Source of the DNA: a virus
Taxonomy: Duplodnaviria > Caudoviricetes
Strand: one strand, 5' to 3'
Length of the DNA stretch: 24,002 nt
IMG/VR virus record: IMGVR_UViG_3300034642_000096
Span: 1 to 24,002 of that record
Part shown: positions 17,399-23,288 of the stretch, piece after piece
Layout: each line of letters starts with the position of its first letter
Position numbering within the stretch: position 1 is the first letter of the stretch
The notes under the pieces: generated by a model
The model's input: only the letters and a program-made list of their open reading frames with translations
Told to the model about the DNA's origin: nothing
Databases searched by the model: none
Translations under genes and position numbers: made by a program

Positions 17399-17608
17399 CG
17401 TTCATCCCATGATACATCTACTCGGACTCCTACTAGCTACAAGCACTCTCACTTGCGCTGACATAGAAGCAAAAGTGAGAAAAGTCAGGAATCATGAAGA
17501 CCTCTCACCAGAGGCGAAGGCAGAAATCATCGTGCTCTATCGTGAGCACATGACAGAAGCACTTGGAATAGATTGTTTGTGGGACGCAAAAGCCGACTGA
17601 AGGAACGG
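17399..17608 (+). ncRNA. Glutamine riboswitch (glnA-motif)-like aptamer 2, with an ORF inside the P2 loop
   Basis: 5' half CGTTCATCCCA (17399-17409); 3' half TGGGACGCAAAAGCCGACTGAAGGAACGG (17580-17608). P1 is CGTTC/GAACG and P2 is TCCCA/TGGGA. A DUF4278-like gene follows. Confidence 0.72.
17409..17600 (+). CDS. 63-aa protein (MIHLLGLLLATSTLTC...CLWDAKAD) encoded inside aptamer 2
   Basis: ATG directly after CGTTCATCCC; signal-peptide-like N-terminus; paralog of the 17180 ORF. Confidence 0.7.
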   Translation: MIHLLGLLLATSTLTCADIEAKVRKVRNHEDLSPEAKAEIIVLYREHMTEALGIDCLWDAKAD

Positions 17609-17643
17609 GAATTAAACCACCCAATTACTTTAGGAGAAACCAA

Positions 17644-17766
17644 ATGGCACAAGTCACATACAGAGGAGTTCAGTACGACACAAATCGTCCTAAGCAAATC
17701 GTGAATAACAAGAAGGAACTCGTGTATCGAGGAGTCCCAGTCAACAAGGAGGCAGTATGCAAGTAG
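17644..17766 (+). CDS. DUF4278-like small protein (MAQVTYRGVQYDTNRPKQIVNNKKELVYRGVPVNKEAVCK)
   Basis: Missing from the ORF track. Strong RBS AGGAG at 17632-17636 and two YRGV motifs, the gene type known downstream of glutamine riboswitches. Confidence 0.85.
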   Translation: MAQVTYRGVQYDTNRPKQIVNNKKELVYRGVPVNKEAVCK

Positions 17767-17849
17767 TTGCAGAAATTTCTCTTGGAATCGCAGTTGTTTT
17801 AACTTTAATCTACGGAGAGGTTCGTCTTCTTCAAGCGTTAAGGGTATAA
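17757..17849 (+). CDS. 30-aa single-TM micropeptide (MQVVAEISLGIAVVLTLIYGEVRLLQALRV)
   Basis: RBS AAGGAGG at 17746-17752; overlaps the previous stop codon. Confidence 0.65.
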   Translation: MQVVAEISLGIAVVLTLIYGEVRLLQALRV

Positions 17850-17853
17850 GACA

Positions 17854-18039
17854 ATGCTAAGAATCCATTTTAGCTGGGGTGCACCAGATTTACCAGACTA
17901 TGATCCTGAGAAACACGACCCTGACAAAGTATTCGCAATGCTATGTTACAGGGGCATCCATTACGCAAAATGGGTATATTTACAACCTTTTAATATGACA
18001 CACTGGAATCTGTTTGACCCTAGACAAACAGAGAAATAA
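17854..18039 (+). CDS. Small protein with an LCYRGIHY (YRG, DUF4278-like) motif
   Basis: 61-aa ORF in the same operon, ending just before a terminator. Confidence 0.7.
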   Translation: MLRIHFSWGAPDLPDYDPEKHDPDKVFAMLCYRGIHYAKWVYLQPFNMTHWNLFDPRQTEK

Positions 18040-18049
18040 CATGTATAAT
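18021..18049 (+). promoter_or_regulatory. Sigma70-type promoter TAGACA-N17-TATAAT
   Basis: -35 at 18021-18026 and -10 at 18044-18049. Confidence 0.55.
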
Positions 18050-18051
18050 AT

Positions 18052-18078
18052 AGGAGACCTTATGGTCTCCTTTTCTTT
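18052..18078 (+). terminator. Rho-independent terminator
   Basis: 8-bp hairpin AGGAGACC-TTAT-GGTCTCCT followed by TTTCTTT. Confidence 0.8.
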
Positions 18079-18087
18079 AAGAAAAAT

Positions 18088-18240
18088 ATGGACTACAATA
18101 GAATTAAAGAAATAGCACATCAACTTAAAGAGTTGTCTGCAGAATTAGAAGATGCTATCAAGGAAAACCCAGATAGATATCTTGAAGCATCATACAATGC
18201 TCCTGCATCAACTTTATCTTATAAAGACATTATTGAATAA
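18088..18240 (+). CDS. 50-aa hypothetical protein (MDYNRIKEIAHQLKELSAELEDAIKE...)
   Basis: Translated by hand; coiled-coil-like; TAATG coupling to the next ORF. Confidence 0.7.
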   Translation: MDYNRIKEIAHQLKELSAELEDAIKENPDRYLEASYNAPASTLSYKDIIE

Positions 18241-18365
18241 TGGAAAGAGAACCTTGGGACTCACCCCTAGATGATGAGCAATCATCAACAGAGCAAGAAT
18301 CTGGTGACATCTTATTTGAAGACGAGCCAAGAATCAAATTGAAATTTACAGATTATAAAGGTTGA
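18240..18365 (+). CDS. 41-aa acidic hypothetical protein (MEREPWDSPLDDEQ...)
   Basis: Translated by hand; overlaps both neighbours (TAATG and TTGA). Confidence 0.55.
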   Translation: MEREPWDSPLDDEQSSTEQESGDILFEDEPRIKLKFTDYKG

Positions 18366-18700
18366 AAACACAAAGTGCTAAAGGAAAAGGCAGACGCTTT
18401 CAACAATGGGTAAGGGACATGCTCATTGAGCATCGTAATGTACACCCTGAGGACATTGAGTCTAGGAGTATGGGTGCAGGAGGAGAAGATATAATCATGG
18501 CAAGGGATGCCAGAAAGAAATTCCCATTCAGTATTGAGTGTAAGAATGTAGAGAAGTTGAATGTATATGAAGCATACGCACAGGCAGAAGCAAACTCAGG
18601 AGACCACGAGCCTATACTCTTCATGAAAAAGAATCGTAAGAAACCTCTAGTGGTTGTGGACGCAGAGTGGTTTGTCAAGAATTTCGGGGTTGACAAGTAG
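18362..18700 (+). CDS. PD-(D/E)XK nuclease, Holliday-junction-resolvase-like
   Basis: SAKGKGRRFQQWVRD...GAGGEDI...SIECKN. Confidence 0.8.
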   Translation: MKTQSAKGKGRRFQQWVRDMLIEHRNVHPEDIESRSMGAGGEDIIMARDARKKFPFSIECKNVEKLNVYEAYAQAEANSGDHEPILFMKKNRKKPLVVVDAEWFVKNFGVDK

Positions 18701-18718
18701 GAAGGTCACCTATATAAT
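18690..18718 (+). promoter_or_regulatory. Consensus sigma70 early promoter
   Basis: TTGACA (18690-18695), exactly 17 nt, TATAAT (18713-18718). Confidence 0.85.
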
Positions 18719-18743
18719 AGATGAGTTGTACCTAGGTAAACCA

Positions 18744-18887
18744 ATGGAGTATCAAGAAGATTCCGATTTTCTGATGGATGCTGTAGAAATACTTATTGAC
18801 CAACTGCACAGTTTAGTTAATGAAGGACGCATTGATGACGCTATCGTTGTCAGTGAAAGAATTCGTGAGTTGCAGGAGATGCGATGA
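18744..18887 (+). CDS. 47-aa hypothetical protein (MEYQEDSDFLMDAVEILID...)
   Basis: ATG downstream of the consensus promoter; ATGA overlap with the next gene. Confidence 0.7.
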   Translation: MEYQEDSDFLMDAVEILIDQLHSLVNEGRIDDAIVVSERIRELQEMR

Positions 18888-19501
18888 CCGTTGTTAGTAT
18901 GTTTAGTGTGCCCCTCATACACTATGAGATTGCGAATTGGCATATCGCCAAGAAGAAAATCAAAGAGGCACTCCCAGACATACAAGAGTCTATGCTTGAA
19001 TCTAACGGACAAGTCTACACAGACTTCTTCGATGAAGAATTAAAGTATAAACTACCTGACTGGAGTGATGTTGTCATTGATATCATCACTCCTTATCTAC
19101 AAGATTTCACAGGGAAAACACGTGTAGAATTTACTGACATGTGGTTTCAAACTGCATTGAAAGGGATGTCACATGGTTGTCATAACCATGGTGCTTCTGG
19201 GTGGTCGTCAGTAATTTACTTGGACTATGATGAGAAAGTGCATCGTCCAACTAAATTCTATTCTCCATTTAGTAACCCTTGGAATGGAAAGTTAGAAGAC
19301 TATTTGCCACCAGTAAAAGAAGGTGACATGGTAATCTTTCCATCCCATATCACACACGAAGCAGAAGATAATACATCAGATGTGCCACGCACAATCATTT
19401 CATATAATATGAGAGGTAAAACTGACATAGTCAAACGCACACTCTGGGATGACGAGGGTGACCCCAAGATAATTATTAGAGAATACCGAGAAGACTGTTG
19501 A
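18884..19501 (+). CDS. Putative 2OG-Fe(II) oxygenase (HxH type)
   Basis: HGCHNHG...EGDMVIFPSHITHE...RTIISYN. Confidence 0.82.
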   Translation: MTVVSMFSVPLIHYEIANWHIAKKKIKEALPDIQESMLESNGQVYTDFFDEELKYKLPDWSDVVIDIITPYLQDFTGKTRVEFTDMWFQTALKGMSHGCHNHGASGWSSVIYLDYDEKVHRPTKFYSPFSNPWNGKLEDYLPPVKEGDMVIFPSHITHEAEDNTSDVPRTIISYNMRGKTDIVKRTLWDDEGDPKIIIREYREDC

Positions 19502-20103
19502 AAGAAATTGTAACCTACAAAGGTAAACTATGTGAGAAGGAGTCAGACTTTATATGGGGTGACTACATCGAAGAGGATGTAGTAAAAGGACTATATCATT
19601 TCTGGCATCATCAAAACATACTTGCTCGTCATGAAGGCATGGTCTATGAGGGTGGGGATAAGTATGTTGATAAAGAGTACAAGGATTCACTAGACTTACA
19701 TGTCCCTGTTTCCTTACATTTACCTGAGATTCACAACTATTTGATGTCACTTCAAGGGGTATTAAATAAATATCTCGAGAGGTTTCCTTTCGCAGAACTA
19801 TCAAGATTTGAAATAGTAGAGCCGCTATCCCTCCAACACTATCCTATTGGTGGTGGATTTAAAGAGTGGCACACAGAAAGGGCAAACTCTTCACCTGGCA
19901 ATGTCTATAGACACCTAGTGTTTATGACATATTTGAATGACGTGCCTGACGGAGGCACAGAGTGGTTTCATCAAGACAAATATGTCCCTGCCAAAAGGGG
20001 ATACACTGTCATATGGCCATCAGATTGGACACACTTCCATAGAGGTGTTGTTTCAAACACATCGGAAAAATTTATTATTACAGGGTGGTTTTCTTTCACA
20101 TAG
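19498..20103 (+). CDS. 2OG-Fe(II) oxygenase (P4H-like)
   Basis: WHTE...RHLVFMTYLNDVPDGGTEW...IWPSDWTHFHRG...KFIITGW. Confidence 0.88.
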   Translation: MKEIVTYKGKLCEKESDFIWGDYIEEDVVKGLYHFWHHQNILARHEGMVYEGGDKYVDKEYKDSLDLHVPVSLHLPEIHNYLMSLQGVLNKYLERFPFAELSRFEIVEPLSLQHYPIGGGFKEWHTERANSSPGNVYRHLVFMTYLNDVPDGGTEWFHQDKYVPAKRGYTVIWPSDWTHFHRGVVSNTSEKFIITGWFSFT

Positions 20104-20136
20104 TGTGCTACAATGACAAGGTTATACAAACCACAC

Positions 20137-20370
20137 ATGAAACCTATTGTCATCACAGAGCGATTCCCATACCGATACGTCGAAGCAGGGACTCTGGATA
20201 ACGGATTCCCTGACTACAGAATTCAAAAATTTAATGAGTATACTCAGAGATATAAAGACATGTATCTTTGCGACAACGGTATGCAAATGGAAACTGCAAT
20301 CGAAGACTTTGAATACACAAAGTGGTTAGACCCCGCAGATGACGTCCAAGCCTATATAAAAAACAACTAA
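20137..20370 (+). CDS. Conserved cyanophage hypothetical protein (MKPIVITERFPYRYV...)
   Basis: ERFPYRY...YRIQK...DMYLCDN...EDFEYTKWLDP pattern. Extended -10 TGcTACAAT at 20106-20114. Confidence 0.78.
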   Translation: MKPIVITERFPYRYVEAGTLDNGFPDYRIQKFNEYTQRYKDMYLCDNGMQMETAIEDFEYTKWLDPADDVQAYIKNN

Positions 20371-20380
20371 TTTTCTTACT

Positions 20381-20719
20381 ATGTCCTGCCAAAATTTTGA
20401 TAAAGCTGTCCACTATGCAAAGGCAGCGTTTAAGGATGCATTGGAGACCGAAGAATTGAAAGACGAGACACTTAGTCTCCTCTTTCATTACTACCAAGGA
20501 TTGAAAACAATTAGAGACGAGATGCCAAAGCACGAGCATCAAGAGTCAGAGCCTATGTTTTTGTCTGACGCTACCGAGGACTACAGTTACAACCTCGCAG
20601 GAGCAGACCTCAGTGTGCCATCTAGAGGAGTTGATAATATTTCCTTCACACCTGATGTAAATATGGAAGACTACATCCAGTTTAGTAGTGACGTTGATTA
20701 CGGAGAGACATTAGAATAA
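20381..20719 (+). CDS. Acidic hypothetical protein
   Basis: Clean 112-aa ORF in gene order. Confidence 0.72.
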   Translation: MSCQNFDKAVHYAKAAFKDALETEELKDETLSLLFHYYQGLKTIRDEMPKHEHQESEPMFLSDATEDYSYNLAGADLSVPSRGVDNISFTPDVNMEDYIQFSSDVDYGETLE

Positions 20720-20773
20720 GTTATATTTCTTATTAAAAAAACATAAGACAGTCACGAAACTGTCACACCGTCC

Positions 20774-20802
20774 TTGACAAAGTTTACAATTTGATATATA
20801 GT
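20774..20802 (+). promoter_or_regulatory. Sigma70-type promoter of the hli cluster
   Basis: TTGACA (20774-20779), 17-nt spacer, TATAGT (20797-20802). Confidence 0.75.
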
Positions 20803-20828
20803 ATATACATTGTCACATAACTTAACAA

Positions 20829-21029
20829 ATGACAGTTATTACTGAATCAGGTGGAAGACAGAATGCTTTTCCAAATGAGACTCAACCCTACCTCGACACA
20901 GAGTATAAAGGTTACGGTCCTACTGCAGAATTACTGAATGGCAGACTTGCCATGCTTGGTTTTACTACAGGACTTATTTCATACATTGCCACAGGCAGTT
21001 TTTTCTTCTTTGGCATCCTCGGATTCTAA
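20829..21029 (+). CDS. hli: High-light-inducible protein
   Basis: Chlorophyll-binding helix AELLNGRLAMLGF; N-terminus ESGGRQNAF. Confidence 0.93.
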   Translation: MTVITESGGRQNAFPNETQPYLDTEYKGYGPTAELLNGRLAMLGFTTGLISYIATGSFFFFGILGF

Positions 21030-21064
21030 AGACAACAACGTAAACACTATTAAAGGACACTATC

Positions 21065-21172
21065 ATGACTCCAGAAGCAGAAAGATTTAACGGATGGGCA
21101 GCGATGCTCGGTTTCGTAGCAGCAGTAGGCGCATACGCAACAACTGGTCAAGTAATTCCTGGTATTTTCTAA
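21065..21172 (+). CDS. hli: High-light-inducible protein, 35 aa (MTPEAERFNGWAAMLGFVAAVGAYATTGQVIPGIF)
   Basis: Missing from the ORF track. AExxNGxxAMLGF and TGQxIPGIF motifs. Confidence 0.95.
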   Translation: MTPEAERFNGWAAMLGFVAAVGAYATTGQVIPGIF

Positions 21173-21348
21173 TGAATACCAAAACTCTTAAGCAAAAATC
21201 AGTAGATAAACTCTTTGAGAAAAACTCAAGAGTAGAGCCTCAAAAGATTTGGGCAGAGACTTGGAATGGTAGAGCAGCAATGGTTGGACTTATTGCTGCA
21301 GCAGTATCAGACCTTACAACAGGTCATATGTTCTTTGGAATATTCTAA
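21172..21348 (+). CDS. hli: High-light-inducible protein
   Basis: AETWNGRAAMVGL...TTGHMFFGIF. The true start is at 21172 (TAATG coupling). Confidence 0.92.
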   Translation: MNTKTLKQKSVDKLFEKNSRVEPQKIWAETWNGRAAMVGLIAAAVSDLTTGHMFFGIF

Positions 21349-21539
21349 TGATACTAGAGGCAGATTATAATACTTGGGTCAACACTATACTGTTTCCTTT
21401 TCTACCAGTCATTACGGTATTCTTGTGCAGTTGGTTGATGCTTGGTGATTTGCCATGGAATGATGAAGATGACGATGACGACGATGGTGGAGGCGGTGTC
21501 ATGAGTCCAGTATATAATTACGCTCCACAAGGCACTTAA
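21348..21539 (+). CDS. Small membrane protein with a poly-Asp/Gly tail
   Basis: TM segment ILFPFLPVITVFLCSWLML followed by DEDDDDDDGGGG. TAATG coupling to the hli gene. Confidence 0.75.
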   Translation: MILEADYNTWVNTILFPFLPVITVFLCSWLMLGDLPWNDEDDDDDDGGGGVMSPVYNYAPQGT

Positions 21540-21540
21540 G

Positions 21541-21548
21541 TATAAATA
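21541..21548 (+). promoter_or_regulatory. T4-type late promoter TATAAATA
   Basis: Exact consensus in the intergenic gap. Confidence 0.65.
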
Positions 21549-21551
21549 CTC

Positions 21552-21662
21552 ATGATAGAGTTGTCATTACTATTATTGAATAATAACCAGATTCGAGACC
21601 TTCTCGAGTTTGGTTTCTTTCTTACAGTCGGTATCACCGCAGGAGCAGCAGGACTATTATGA
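21552..21662 (+). CDS. 36-aa membrane micropeptide (MIELSLLLLNNNQIRDLLEFGFFLTVGITAGAAGLL)
   Basis: Translated by hand; ATGA overlap with the next ORF. Confidence 0.55.
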   Translation: MIELSLLLLNNNQIRDLLEFGFFLTVGITAGAAGLL

Positions 21663-21748
21663 AATCATACTTAATCAGTGTCTTATTCTTTGCGTGTTTA
21701 GCAGCAGCAGTTGCTTACGCACCAACATTAGCTTACGCACTAAAATAA
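21659..21748 (+). CDS. 29-aa hydrophobic micropeptide (MKSYLISVLFFACLAAAVAYAPTLAYALK)
   Basis: Translated by hand; AGGA upstream; translational coupling. Confidence 0.55.
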   Translation: MKSYLISVLFFACLAAAVAYAPTLAYALK

Positions 21749-21752
21749 AACG

Positions 21753-21833
21753 ATGAAACCTATACCCTTAGCAAGTGTACCTTGGATATTTCTATGTGCA
21801 GTAGGTCTTGCCACTACTACAGTATTAGTTTGA
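21753..21833 (+). CDS. 26-aa hydrophobic micropeptide (MKPIPLASVPWIFLCAVGLATTTVLV)
   Basis: Translated by hand; tiles the gap between neighbours. Confidence 0.45.
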   Translation: MKPIPLASVPWIFLCAVGLATTTVLV

Positions 21834-21848
21834 CTATATAAAATATAG

Positions 21849-22058
21849 TTGCTCAATAATACAGTGGATGGGGAAAGGTTTGCTCTCGTCGGACTATTAA
21901 AAGGAGAATGGATTACTCTTAAAAAGTATTCCAATAAAACTAAACATAAGACGCACTTCATGCAACAGGTTTGCATGATTGCACAGAAACATCTTGGGTC
22001 TCAATTTGAGACCTTTAAGGTTGTTCCTATGAATCAAAAACCACAGCAATACACATGA
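21849..22058 (+). CDS. Hypothetical protein (start uncertain)
   Basis: 69-aa ORF with an ATGA overlap to the next gene. Confidence 0.6.
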   Translation: MLNNTVDGERFALVGLLKGEWITLKKYSNKTKHKTHFMQQVCMIAQKHLGSQFETFKVVPMNQKPQQYT

Positions 22059-22279
22059 ATGAAATCACAATATTCGTATACCTAACATTTTTCATAGGCA
22101 TATTCGGTATGACCTTTGCTTTTATGTGGAAGATGATGTCATCTACACTAGCAGAGTTTGACAAACGACCTGTCGACAACTATAATGATGCAATGAGAGC
22201 TTACAAAACACATCCAGAAATGGAAGATGTTAATGAGCCACTTTTAGTATTCAAACAATTACCTGATGAAGATTTATAA
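22055..22279 (+). CDS. DUF2973-like small membrane protein
   Basis: N-terminal TM segment followed by HPEMEDVNEPLLVF. Confidence 0.72.
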   Translation: MNEITIFVYLTFFIGIFGMTFAFMWKMMSSTLAEFDKRPVDNYNDAMRAYKTHPEMEDVNEPLLVFKQLPDEDL

Positions 22280-22922
22280 CTTCAAGTGTGAAACTTATAC
22301 ACCCTTCGCTCCTTACTGGGATTACTATGTTGGAGAGAAGGTATCAAAGTTAGACTTCTTCGATTTAAAGGAAGAGATTTTAGGAAAAGAGAAAGAGATA
22401 ATATCTAAGTATGAATATGAGCATGACTGGGGCACTGGACTTGGTAAGAGGAGTCTAACTGCTAGGTCTAATCGTTATAACTTATTAAACTTTGAGAATG
22501 CAGGAGGACTGAGGACAGAGATACGTTACTTGCATGATGAGTTTCTAAAGGCATTAGACTTTGAGTATAAGGGTAAGATATATGTCCAGTGTTGGGCGAA
22601 TGTCATGCGTAAAAATGAGAAGATTAAAGTCCACTGTCATGGTTTCGGACCGTATTCACATCTAAGTGGACACCTATGCATCCAAGTAAACGAAGATTTA
22701 TATCCAACCTCAACTAACTACTACAATCCATATGGCATAGAGCCATGGTCTTCTCCGAATGCTGCTAACAAGATGACCATCTTTCCAACGTGGTTGAAGC
22801 ATGGCACTGACAGACATCTAGATGATGTTGAGAGAATCACAATAGCATTTGACATCATGGATGACCGTGGTTACAATATGGATGTCAAAGATGACATGAA
22901 ATCTCATTGGGTAGAGTTATGA
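22266..22922 (+). CDS. Putative 2OG-Fe(II) oxygenase (HxH type)
   Basis: CWANVMR...HCH...MTIFPTWLKHGT...RITIAFD. Confidence 0.82.
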   Translation: MKIYNFKCETYTPFAPYWDYYVGEKVSKLDFFDLKEEILGKEKEIISKYEYEHDWGTGLGKRSLTARSNRYNLLNFENAGGLRTEIRYLHDEFLKALDFEYKGKIYVQCWANVMRKNEKIKVHCHGFGPYSHLSGHLCIQVNEDLYPTSTNYYNPYGIEPWSSPNAANKMTIFPTWLKHGTDRHLDDVERITIAFDIMDDRGYNMDVKDDMKSHWVEL

Positions 22923-23203
22923 TTCCAAGTTTCCGACAAGACGATGGCAACACAGAGTTGAGACAACTTGCACTATTGTGTTTGATTCACCATAATATTC
23001 CGCTAAATAGATCAGCGTATGAATTTTGTGACCATTGTGTCACCGCAGGATACTTAAACAATATTTCTACAGACGAAGAAGGAATCCGACGTCACGGTGG
23101 TGACCTCGTAAGTTTCGCATCTGAAAAACTCATGAAGCATTTCCATACATGGCAAAACCATGAAGCAGACATCAACCAAAAAAATAATAAAACAAATTAT
23201 TAA
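22919..23203 (+). CDS. Hypothetical protein
   Basis: ATGA overlap with the oxygenase stop; RSAYEFCDHCV. Confidence 0.62.
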   Translation: MIPSFRQDDGNTELRQLALLCLIHHNIPLNRSAYEFCDHCVTAGYLNNISTDEEGIRRHGGDLVSFASEKLMKHFHTWQNHEADINQKNNKTNY

Positions 23204-23288
23204 AAATCCACACCTATGGTCACCCGCAGAAGTAGCGTATGCTAGAATGCAACTACGACTAAGGAAAGAAAAAAAGAAAAAGAAATGA
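23160..23288 (+). CDS. 42-aa basic protein (MKQTSTKKIIKQIIKNPHLWSPAEVAYARMQLRLRKEKKKKK)
   Basis: Translated by hand; its stop overlaps the halogenase ATG (ATGA). Confidence 0.6.
   Translation: MKQTSTKKIIKQIIKNPHLWSPAEVAYARMQLRLRKEKKKKK

Noticed and set aside
17340-17408. N-terminal extension of the 86-aa ORF in the track
   Set aside because: It reads through the aptamer junction. The ATG at 17409 mirrors the position of the 17180 start and gives a paralogous protein.
17367-17608. Repeats GGACGCAA/GCCGACT/GGAACGG read as a CRISPR array or mobile-element ends
   Set aside because: There are only two imperfect copies about 213 nt apart, no cas or transposase gene is present, and the pairing fits an RNA aptamer.
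21094-21171. N-terminal part of the 84-aa ORF in the track
   Set aside because: It is out of frame with the clear 35-aa hli at 21065-21172. The real start is 21172.
21460-21497. GAT/GAC/GGN triplet repeat
   Set aside because: It encodes the poly-Asp/Gly tract of a small protein with mixed codons and is not a DNA-level repeat element.
23262-23288. A-rich run as a possible frameshift fusing the basic peptide to the halogenase
   Set aside because: The halogenase has its own ATG right at the start of the FAD-binding motif, with a normal ATGA overlap. The A-run simply encodes lysines.
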